Part shown: piece by piece, positions 49,802-58,519 of the stretch | Layout: every line of letters begins with the position of its first letter | How positions within the stretch are numbered: position 1 is the stretch's first letter | NCBI GenBank assembly: GCA_009784525.1 | Contig: WRBM01000007.1 | Location: 2,616-66,615 of the forward strand | Direction: 5' to 3' | DNA: 64,000 bases | Source of the DNA: Erysipelotrichales bacterium | Lineage (GTDB): Bacteria; Bacillota_I; Bacilli_A; Acholeplasmatales; WRBM01 | Program-made: the position numbers and the translations under genes | The notes under the pieces: generated by a model | Told to the model about the DNA's origin: nothing | Database searches by the model: none | The model's input: only the letters and a program-made list of their open reading frames with translations

Positions 49802-50818
49802 ATGAAGATATTAGTAACTGGTGGAGCTGGGTTTATAGGATCCCATACATGTGTAGAATTACTTAAAGATAAAGGTACAGAAATAGTTATTATTGATAAT
49901 TTAAGAAATTCTAAAAAAGAGGCAATTAATAGAATTGAGAAAATTAGTAGTCGCAAGGTTAAATTTTATCAAAATGATTTATTAGATAAAACGAGTCTAG
50001 AGTCAATATTCAGTACAGAAAATATTGACGCTGTCATCCATTTTGCGGCACTTAAAGCTGTTGGAGAATCAGTAAGTATGCCTTTAGAATATTACGAAAA
50101 CAATTTAAACAGCACAATCAATCTTTTAAATTGTATGAAGAAGTTTAATGTGAAAAAAATTGTTTTTTCTTCATCTGCGACTGTCTATGGTAATCCTGAA
50201 AGCAATCCGATTTCAGAAACTGCCAAACTTAATTGCACTAATCCTTATGGAAGAACAAAACTATTTAATGAGGAAATCCTTAAAGACTTTGCGACTGCGA
50301 ATAATGCTTTTGGGATAGTGCTTTTACGCTATTTTAATCCGATTGGAGCCCATGCTTCTGGACTAATCGGTGAAGATCCACAAGGCATTCCGAATAATTT
50401 AGTACCTTATATTAGTCAGGTGGCTTCAGGCAAACTAGAAACGTTAAAAGTTTTCGGTAACGATTATAACACAAAGGATGGTACAGGTGTTCGCGATTAT
50501 ATTCATGTTGTTGATTTAGCTCATGGTCATGTATTAGCCTTAAAAAAACTAGAAAGCTCTAAAGGTGTCTTAACTTATAATCTTGGGACAGGCAGAGGCT
50601 ATTCAGTCCTTGAAGTTCTAAAGGCTTTTGAAAATACTTTAGGAAAGCCAATTCCGCATGTCTTTTTTGAGAGACGACCAGGAGATATTGCTGTTTGTTA
50701 TGCTAATCCGGAAAAGGCAGAAAAAGAATTAGGCTTTAAGGCCGCATACGATTTAAATGTGATGGTTAAAGATGCCTGGAATTGGCAGAAGAACAATCCA
50801 GAAGGGTATAAAAACTAA
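49802..50818 (+). CDS. galE: UDP-glucose 4-epimerase
   Basis: GGAGFIGSH, KAVGES, YGRTK, LRYFNP. Confidence 0.96.
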   Translation: MKILVTGGAGFIGSHTCVELLKDKGTEIVIIDNLRNSKKEAINRIEKISSRKVKFYQNDLLDKTSLESIFSTENIDAVIHFAALKAVGESVSMPLEYYENNLNSTINLLNCMKKFNVKKIVFSSSATVYGNPESNPISETAKLNCTNPYGRTKLFNEEILKDFATANNAFGIVLLRYFNPIGAHASGLIGEDPQGIPNNLVPYISQVASGKLETLKVFGNDYNTKDGTGVRDYIHVVDLAHGHVLALKKLESSKGVLTYNLGTGRGYSVLEVLKAFENTLGKPIPHVFFERRPGDIAVCYANPEKAEKELGFKAAYDLNVMVKDAWNWQKNNPEGYKN

Positions 50819-50832
50819 AGGAGTTATAGATT

Positions 50833-53118
50833 ATGCTGCAATTAAAAGGAATCAAAAAGAATTATAAAGTTGGCGATAGTTATGTTAAAGCTCTTAAGGG
50901 TGTAGATATTGAATTCAGAAAAAATGAATTTGTTTCAATCTTAGGACCTTCTGGCTGTGGTAAAACAACAATGCTTAACTTAATTGGTGGGTTAGACAAA
51001 TATACGGAAGGCGATTTATTAGTTAATGGTAAATCAACAAGAATGTTTAAAGATAAAGAATGGGACTATTATCGTAATAGTACAATTGGTTTCGTCTTTC
51101 AAAGCTATAATTTAATCTCTCACCAAACAGTCTTAGATAATGTCAGTATTGCGATGACTTTATCAGGGGTTGGCATTGAAGAAAGAAAACAAAGAGCTAC
51201 AGAAGCTTTGAATAAAGTTGGTCTACATGATCAATTACATAAAAAGCCTAATCAGCTTTCTGGGGGTCAGATGCAAAGAGTTGCAATCGCCAGAGCTTTA
51301 GTGAATGGGCCAAAAATTTTATTAGCTGATGAGCCTACTGGAGCCCTTGATAGTTCTACTAGTCTTCAGGTAATGAATATATTAAAAGAAATCAGTAAAG
51401 AAATGCTGGTTATTATGGTTACACACAATAATGACCTAGCAGAAAGATATAGCGATCGTATCGTTAGAATCTTAGATGGTGAAATTATTGATGATACTAA
51501 ACCTGTCTTTAATGAAGCTATCAAAGATGAAGGTGAAAAATTAGTTAACAGAAAAACTTCAATGTCTTATCTGACAGCTTTAAAACTCAGTTTCAAGAAC
51601 TTAATGACAAAAATGAAAAGAACGATTATTACGGCTTTAGCAGGAAGTATCGGAATAATCGGGATTGCTTTGGTTTTAGCGATTAGAAGTGGGATGACAG
51701 ATTTTGTCACGGATATGCAAAGTGACTCTTTAGCTGGCTTTCCAATCACAATTGACCGAACGCCTATCTCAATCCAAAGACCAGCACAAGGAAATTGGAC
51801 AGCCTTTCCAACGAGGGAAGAGCTTTATTTCATGATGAATCCGACTCCGCGTACAAATATCTTCAGCGATGAACTTTTTGCGCATATTGAAAATATGAAT
51901 TCAGATTGGTATAATGCGATTAGTTTTACCCAAGGAATTAATATGAATGTAACGGCCAGAGGCCATGATGGAGTATTCCGCCGAATTTCTACAGCTACTG
52001 GAAGCGGGTTCTCAAATGCTTTGTTTCAGGAAATGCCTAATAATAACGATTTTATTCTCAATCAATATGATATATTAAACGGGCGTTTGCCAGAAGAAGC
52101 CAATGAAATGGTTTTGATTGTCGACCGCTACAATCGTATAGAAGAAAGACTTTTAACGGCACTTGGTTTTGATCGTCAAGATCAAACAACTTTTTCGTTT
52201 AATGATTTTATGGGTCATTCGATAAGAGTAATACATAATGATGATTTCTATGCTCCAAATGGCGATTTATTCAATTCGAGTAATGTCTTTAATCAAGCAA
52301 TGTGGGATAGTTCAAGAAGTCATGAAATTACCGTTGTAGGTATTATCAGAGTAAAAGAATCCGCATCTTCCGAAATGCTTTCCAGAGGTTTTGGCTTTAC
52401 TAGAGCCTTAACAGAAAAAGTGTTAGCTGAGGCAAAAACCTCTCAAATTGTTGAAGCGCAACTAACACGACCAACTGTTGATATTTTTACAGGCAATCCT
52501 TTGCCGGCTGCCAGTTTTCAAAATCGCATGCAACAACTTGGTGGTGATCATACACCAATTGGCATCCAGATTTTTCCGCGCTCATTTGAAGCTAAAGAAG
52601 AAATTAAGCTTCATTTAGATGCTTTTAATGAAATGCAAACTTTTGAAGAGCTTCGAATTGTTTATACCGATTTAGCCGAAATGATTACTAATATGGTCTC
52701 GACTTTAATTGATACAATTGCCATTGTTTTAAGTGCTTTTGCTTTATTATCTTTAGTTGTATCTTCAATTATGATTGGAATCATTACTTATGTTTCGGTT
52801 ATCGAAAGGACAAAAGAAATAGGAATACTAAGAGCAATTGGGGCTCGTAAGAAAGACATTTCGCGAGTCTTTAATGCCGAAACAATAATAATTGGTTTTG
52901 TGGCAGGCTCTTTAGGAATAGCGATTGCTTTAATTCTTTCCATTCCGATTAATATCATTGTACATAGTTTATCAGGGGTCAGAAATATTTCTTCATTACC
53001 AATCTGGCAAGCGATTGTTCTGGTTTTAGTAAGCATGACTCTAACATTCTCATCAGGCTTAATTCCATCAAGAATTGCAGCAAAAAAAGATCCGGTTGTA
53101 GCATTAAGAACCGAATAA
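50833..53118 (+). CDS. MacB-type fused ABC ATPase/permease
   Basis: GPSGCGKT, LSGGQ, DEPTG, FtsX-type ERTKEIGILRAIGA. Confidence 0.9.
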   Translation: MLQLKGIKKNYKVGDSYVKALKGVDIEFRKNEFVSILGPSGCGKTTMLNLIGGLDKYTEGDLLVNGKSTRMFKDKEWDYYRNSTIGFVFQSYNLISHQTVLDNVSIAMTLSGVGIEERKQRATEALNKVGLHDQLHKKPNQLSGGQMQRVAIARALVNGPKILLADEPTGALDSSTSLQVMNILKEISKEMLVIMVTHNNDLAERYSDRIVRILDGEIIDDTKPVFNEAIKDEGEKLVNRKTSMSYLTALKLSFKNLMTKMKRTIITALAGSIGIIGIALVLAIRSGMTDFVTDMQSDSLAGFPITIDRTPISIQRPAQGNWTAFPTREELYFMMNPTPRTNIFSDELFAHIENMNSDWYNAISFTQGINMNVTARGHDGVFRRISTATGSGFSNALFQEMPNNNDFILNQYDILNGRLPEEANEMVLIVDRYNRIEERLLTALGFDRQDQTTFSFNDFMGHSIRVIHNDDFYAPNGDLFNSSNVFNQAMWDSSRSHEITVVGIIRVKESASSEMLSRGFGFTRALTEKVLAEAKTSQIVEAQLTRPTVDIFTGNPLPAASFQNRMQQLGGDHTPIGIQIFPRSFEAKEEIKLHLDAFNEMQTFEELRIVYTDLAEMITNMVSTLIDTIAIVLSAFALLSLVVSSIMIGIITYVSVIERTKEIGILRAIGARKKDISRVFNAETIIIGFVAGSLGIAIALILSIPINIIVHSLSGVRNISSLPIWQAIVLVLVSMTLTFSSGLIPSRIAAKKDPVVALRTE

Positions 53119-53284
53119 TATAATTATGGCATGTCTCAAACCTGAGATGTGCTTTTATTAAGGATAATAAATAAAGGCCAAAATCAAATTAAAAAAAGTA
53201 AGCACAGAATATAATTTTATTCAAGATTAATTACTTAAACAAAAGGCATTCCAAAAAAGGATGCCTTTTGTTATATTAGTTGGC

Positions 53285-54583
53285 TTAAATACAAAAAGTT
53301 GCATATAATGGAATTGATTTAATATTATTCTCAAAGCCAAAATTTTTCAAAGAAATTCTTATGGAATAACTTGGATGATATTTATCAATAAATATTTTCA
53401 GACTTCTTGATTTTGTTCTTATTCCTGCTTTTACTTCGACAGCAATAATTTCATTGCCTTTTTGCAATACAAAATCTATTTCTGCTAAAGCATCGCTAGT
53501 CCAGTAGAAAAGGCCATACTGCTTAGCCGCAAAAGTTTGTGCAACAAAATTTTCAGCTAATGCACCAAGGAAAATATTGTCAATTTCTCCAGCAGAAAGA
53601 ATTACTTGTGAAGATATTCCGCTTTTCATAGTTAAAAGGCCCACATCGCCCATGTATAGTTTAAAGTTTGACAAATCCCTGTAAACAGAAATAGGCATGG
53701 AGCCAGTTTCTATACGTTCGCACTTTAATACGATATTCGCAAAACGTAACCAATCAATAGAAGAACCAAAAATATTAGCTGTGCCACCTTTTTGTGCAAG
53801 TTTATATTGGAACTTTCTATTATCTTTCGCAAGTTGTACAGGAATGGAATCATAAGCTGAAAGAATTTTAACACTTTCGCTTTTAGTGGCATACTTTGAC
53901 ATATCCGCAATATAATCGTTAACAATATTTCTTTGCGCTTCTGGCACAAGTACGAAGCTCTTAGTATCGACATACTCGAGAACAGCTTTAGGCATACCTC
54001 CAATAATTAAATATATTTTATATAAGTCGAGGGCATGCAAGTGAAGGGCTTCTGGAAGAGGCTTATTTGTATGATAAGAGTGTTCTATTTCCTCACAAAG
54101 TTTCTCTTCATTTAATGCCCACAAAAATTCCTCAAAATCAATAGGAAAAAGTGTCATTGACTTTACTTTTCCGACTGGAAAAGAATATTTTTCTCTATTT
54201 ATTGCAACGCCTAATAAACTTCCAGCGCAAGCAATGTGATATTCTGGGATGTTTTCATTAAAATACTTGAGCGAAGTTAATGCTCTTTCACAACTTTGAA
54301 TTTCATCAAAAATCACAAGTGTATCTCCTGGAAGAATTCTTTCATTACTAAGTGTCTCTAAGTAGCGGATAAGACGTATAGGATCAATATTTTCGGTAAA
54401 GTAAGAACTAATATTTTTATTGATTTCGAAATTTATATAAACTACATTTTTATAATATTTTTTTCCGAATTCCCTTAAAATGTAAGTTTTTCCGACTTGT
54501 CTTGCGCCATATAATAATAACGGCATTCGATTCAAACTTTGTTCTTTCCAGGCAACAAGTTTATCTGTAATCCTGCGTCTCAT
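53285..54583 (-). CDS. AAA+ ATPase (AAA_14 + DUF4143)
   Basis: GARQVGKT, FDEIQ, GGMP, ENFVAQ, EIDF...VEVKAG. Confidence 0.88.
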   Translation of the reverse strand: MRRRITDKLVAWKEQSLNRMPLLLYGARQVGKTYILREFGKKYYKNVVYINFEINKNISSYFTENIDPIRLIRYLETLSNERILPGDTLVIFDEIQSCERALTSLKYFNENIPEYHIACAGSLLGVAINREKYSFPVGKVKSMTLFPIDFEEFLWALNEEKLCEEIEHSYHTNKPLPEALHLHALDLYKIYLIIGGMPKAVLEYVDTKSFVLVPEAQRNIVNDYIADMSKYATKSESVKILSAYDSIPVQLAKDNRKFQYKLAQKGGTANIFGSSIDWLRFANIVLKCERIETGSMPISVYRDLSNFKLYMGDVGLLTMKSGISSQVILSAGEIDNIFLGALAENFVAQTFAAKQYGLFYWTSDALAEIDFVLQKGNEIIAVEVKAGIRTKSRSLKIFIDKYHPSYSIRISLKNFGFENNIKSIPLYATFCI

Positions 54584-54631
54584 AAAATCACCCTATTAAT
54601 TTATCGATTATTTATAAATAAATTATATTTT

Positions 54632-54695
54632 ATTTTAACACTTAGTAACAATTAAGTCAATAAAAATCAGAATATTTTGATTTTTATTGACTTAA
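54632..54695 (-). promoter_or_regulatory. Sigma-A promoter whose -35 lies in a 44-bp palindrome
   Basis: TTGACT-17-TAAAAT with TGn (minus); 18-bp perfect arms 54652-54669 / 54678-54695. Confidence 0.65.
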
Positions 54696-54752
54696 ATTTC
54701 AAAATTATGCCTTTTTATTGAAAAAAGAGCTAACTGAAAATCATAATAAAAT

Positions 54753-55041
54753 TTAAGATTTCAATAGCTTTTTAAGGACATTTATTTGTTTTATCGCATT
54801 GTGAGAAGTAAGAGGTGCATTATCCATTATTAAAAGATATTTAGAGTTGTAATCTTTTATAGCATTTATATGGGCCAGCTTAAGTTTCAAGGTTTTTCCA
54901 TCAGCATCTATAATAGTGGAAGAAACCTGAAAGTATTCGTCTCCTTCATTACTTATTGCGATAAATTAAGCTTCGTTTTTTTCAATTTTGCTAACCTCTG
55001 CGTAAAAGTTCCAGAAAAACAATGTTTTCAAGAATATGAGG
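54753..55041 (-). pseudogene. C-terminal remnant of a third DUF4143 ATPase
   Basis: HILENIVFLELLRRG...YFQVS...IKQINVL with frameshifts. Confidence 0.7.
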
Positions 55042-55181
55042 TTGTAGTAAAAACAAGGATTAATTTAAACTTTTTATTTGTTAAGAAAACATTCTAGATA
55101 AAGCAAATAAAACTATCGTTTTAAAGTTAAATTTGAGCAAAATTCTTGCATACGCTGGATGAAAATAGAAATCCCTAATGA
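55030..55181 (-). mobile_element. Left-end part of the mini-element (copy C), truncated
   Basis: Reverse complement tttat|tcattagggatttctattttcatc...tttatttgctttatctagaa...cttgtttttacta..cctcatattctt. Confidence 0.75.
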
Positions 55182-55227
55182 ATAAAAAATGATATCCCCT
55201 TAGTTTTAGAGAATATCATTTTATAAT

Positions 55228-57864
55228 TTAATTACATTCGATTTTGTTTCTTGTAAAAAACTTTTGAATTTCAACTGTTATTAGTTGTAGAGAAGCTAAA
55301 CCAATAATAATTAACCAATGCCAGATGCTTAAATTAACAACACTAAATACATTAGCAATCGGTGGAATTAAGGCTACCGCAAGTGTGATTAGTATTGAGA
55401 ATAAAGCACTATAGAAAATTGCTTTATTTGATAAGAAGCCAATTTTAAAGATTGATTTCTGGCTTCTGATATTAAAGATATTTATAACGGAAGCCCATGA
55501 TAAAACAATAAATGCCATTGATATTCCGACTTCACGGCTTGGCTCAATGCTTTGAACAATCTCAAATTTATAACCGATAAAGAAAGCCAGTAGCGTTAGT
55601 ATTGAAAAAGTTAGTGAACGTTGAAATATTTTAAAACCTAAACCATTAGCGAAAATACTGGTATTTTTAGGTAGAGGCTTACATTTCATAATTCCTTCTT
55701 CAGGTTTTTCAAAACTAATAAAGAATCCTGGAATTCCATCTGAAACAACATTAATAAGTAGAATTTGCACCGCAAGAATCGGAGCGCCCCAACCAAGGAT
55801 AACTCCAGTTAACATTATAAAAATCTGCGCAAAGTTAACACTTAACAAAAAGTAAACAGTTTTTCGGATATTAGCATAAGAAGTACGACCTTCCGCAATT
55901 GCATCAACGATTGTCGCAAAGTTATCATCAGTTATAATCATATCCGCTGCGTTTTTTGTAACTTCGGTACCAGTTATACCCATCGCTACACCAACATCAG
56001 CTGCTTTTAAGGCTGGAGCATCGTTGACTCCGTCGCCTGTCATGGCGATAACTTCACCATGTTTTTCCCAGGCTTTTACGATATTTATCTTATCTTCTGG
56101 GCTAACCCGTGCATAAACGGATATTTCACGAACTTGCTCGAATAATTCAGTTTCAGTCATATTACTTAAATCAGAACCAGTAAGAGCCCGATCGCCATCT
56201 TGAAAAATACCAATTTCTTTAGCTATCGCTTTTGCAGTAACAACATGATCACCTGTAATCATTACCGTTCTGATGCCGGCTTCTTTAGCTAACTGAACAG
56301 CCATTTTACTTTCTGGCCGCGGAGGATCAATCATTCCGACTAAACCCATGAAAATTAAATCTTTTTCTAAAGCTTCAACACTTAAATCAGTTGGAAGAGT
56401 ATCATATTTTTTATATCCGATGGAAATAACACGTAAAGCCTGTTCACCAAATGAATCGTGAATTTCTGTTGCTTTTTTTCTTAAATCAGCTGTCCAGCTA
56501 ACGGGAATGCGATCAAAGGCACCTTTAGTAACTACAAGATAACCATCATCTACATGATGAACAGTTGTCATTCTTTTACGAGTTGAATCGAATGGTAACT
56601 CATGAACTCTTGGATATTGACGTTCTGCATCAACTCTTGTTAAGCCTTTATCATGGAGCAAGCGAATAATTGCCAGTTCAGTAGGATCACCAACAACTTT
56701 TTCTTCATCACCATTAATTTCGATTGTGGCATTACTACAAGATGCAAGAAGTTCAATTAAATGAATTTCTTTAACATCAAATTCTTCAGAGGCAGCTTTT
56801 GGATTCATGTCAACATGCCAAATTTGCTGGATACGCATGATGTTTTGTGTCAATGTACCAGTCTTGTCAGAACAGATTACAGAAGTATTACCAACAGTTT
56901 CTACAGCAGGAATTTTTCTGATAATCGTATTTTTCTTAACCATCTTATGAACACCATGAGATAAGATCATTGTTACGATAATCGGCAATGTCTCAGGAAC
57001 GGCCGCAACACCTAAGGAAACGCCTACTAATAACATTTCTGGTATTGAACCATCATGAACTAGCGTTCCGATTAAGAAAATTATGAAACCGGCCACTAAT
57101 GCTACAATGCTGAGTCTTTTCGCTAATTGACTTAGCCGGATTTGTAATGGTGTTTTAATTTTGCTAGTACTGTTAAGAAGTCCAGCAATTTTACCCATTT
57201 CTGTATTCATAGCAGTTTCCACAACAATAGCTTTAGCCCGGCCACCAGTGACTAGACAACCAGAATAAATCATATTAATCCTATCGCCTAATGTCACGTT
57301 TTCAGCTATCTCAGCATTTGGATCTTTTTCAATTGGCGCACTTTCGCCAGTTAAACTCGATTCAACAACCTGTAAGCTGCTTGCTTCAATTAGTCTGGCA
57401 TCGGCACTAATCATATCACCAGCATTAACTTCAATAATATCGCCTGGAACTAATTGATTGGCATCAATTTTTTGTTTTGTTCCGTCGCGAAGAACTGTCG
57501 TTTGGCTAGAATTTAGCTTTTTTAAAGCATCAAGTGCTTTTTCTGCTTTATTTTCCTGATAAATCCCTAAAATTATATTTATAACAACAATTGACAAAAT
57601 AACAAAAACTTTAGGCCAACCTTCACCTGTAGTTATTGCCATATAAGCGGCAATTGAGGCAGCTATTATTAAAATTATAGCAGTTATTTCCATTAAATGA
57701 TGTAAAATCTTTTGGAAAATATTTTCCTTTTTGGCTTCCTCAAATTCATTTAATCCGTATTTTTTTATTCTGTTTTCAACGTCGGTTTTACTGAGTCCTT
57801 TTTCGGCGTTACTTTCTAGTTTTTCTAGAACTTCCTCTTTAGTTTCTTTTACCCACAACATCAA
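55228..57864 (-). CDS. P2A-type cation (Ca2+-like) P-type ATPase
   Basis: LTGES, AVPETLP, CSDKTGTLT, GDPTE, TGDH, GDGVND, QILLIN..SDG. Confidence 0.92.
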   Translation of the reverse strand: MMLWVKETKEEVLEKLESNAEKGLSKTDVENRIKKYGLNEFEEAKKENIFQKILHHLMEITAIILIIAASIAAYMAITTGEGWPKVFVILSIVVINIILGIYQENKAEKALDALKKLNSSQTTVLRDGTKQKIDANQLVPGDIIEVNAGDMISADARLIEASSLQVVESSLTGESAPIEKDPNAEIAENVTLGDRINMIYSGCLVTGGRAKAIVVETAMNTEMGKIAGLLNSTSKIKTPLQIRLSQLAKRLSIVALVAGFIIFLIGTLVHDGSIPEMLLVGVSLGVAAVPETLPIIVTMILSHGVHKMVKKNTIIRKIPAVETVGNTSVICSDKTGTLTQNIMRIQQIWHVDMNPKAASEEFDVKEIHLIELLASCSNATIEINGDEEKVVGDPTELAIIRLLHDKGLTRVDAERQYPRVHELPFDSTRKRMTTVHHVDDGYLVVTKGAFDRIPVSWTADLRKKATEIHDSFGEQALRVISIGYKKYDTLPTDLSVEALEKDLIFMGLVGMIDPPRPESKMAVQLAKEAGIRTVMITGDHVVTAKAIAKEIGIFQDGDRALTGSDLSNMTETELFEQVREISVYARVSPEDKINIVKAWEKHGEVIAMTGDGVNDAPALKAADVGVAMGITGTEVTKNAADMIITDDNFATIVDAIAEGRTSYANIRKTVYFLLSVNFAQIFIMLTGVILGWGAPILAVQILLINVVSDGIPGFFISFEKPEEGIMKCKPLPKNTSIFANGLGFKIFQRSLTFSILTLLAFFIGYKFEIVQSIEPSREVGISMAFIVLSWASVINIFNIRSQKSIFKIGFLSNKAIFYSALFSILITLAVALIPPIANVFSVVNLSIWHWLIIIGLASLQLITVEIQKFFTRNKIECN

Positions 57865-57903
57865 ATTCAGCTCCTTTCTTTAGTTTACTAAAATTTTTTT
57901 TAA

Positions 57904-58370
57904 TCATTAGGATTTTCTATTTTCATCTTATAACAAATTTATACTTTAATATTATCTATGTTATACACGCGTATATATGAGAGAATTTTTTTCTCAAATT
58001 TAACCCTAAAACCATAGTTTTATTTGCTTTATCTATAACATTTTTTCAAGCTGAAAAAAATTAAAAATAATTCTTGTTTTTACCAGACTTTAGTGTTATA
58101 ATAAGCTCATATTCTTAACAAGAATCGAGGTGAAAGATGAGCATCTTGGTAAGAGGAATAATCGCTTATTCCAGACTAAGACAGGAAACTTATTAATTCA
58201 GATATTAATGCCAGTTTAAATATAATGGTAAAAAGTAAACCCAAAGACGATGAAGTAATTCAAAGTTTGAGGAATAGCGGTCTAACAACACCCATAAGAT
58301 TATAGGTAACACCGTAATTTCTTATAAAGATAGGCATTAGCCCGTAACGAAATTTATTTTCGTTTTGTTC
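57904..58370 (+). mobile_element. Non-autonomous tnpB-derived mini-element, copy B
   Basis: HLGKRNNRLFQTKTG/KLINSDINASLNIMVKSKPKDDEVIQSLRNSGLTTPIRL*; promoter TTGTTT 58074-17-TATAAT 58097. Confidence 0.82.
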
Positions 58371-58390
58371 CTTGCTAAAAAACCATAACA

Positions 58391-58419
58391 ATTATACCAT
58401 TTGATAATTAAAATGTAAA
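58391..58419 (-). promoter_or_regulatory. Probable native promoter of the P2A ATPase, displaced by element B
   Basis: TTTACA-17-TATAAT with TGn on minus strand. Confidence 0.65.
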
Positions 58420-58519
58420 TAAAAACCATCAGAAAGCGACTGGCATAATCTGATATTTATTTTCCGCATTACCAAAGAAAAAGAGGAAATATTGAGATTC
58501 TACAGAAAAAAATCTTCGA

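Noticed and set aside
54870-55097. 75-aa plus-strand ORF
   Set aside because: Shadow of the minus-strand DUF4143 remnant and element end
55030-58370. Composite transposon carrying the P2A ATPase between copies C and B
   Set aside because: Both flanks are left ends facing outward and the gene's promoter lies beyond copy B; two independent insertions fit better
57865-58390. yybP-ykoY riboswitch upstream of the P2A ATPase
   Set aside because: Its conserved sequence is not recognisable; the region is explained by the tnpB-derived element
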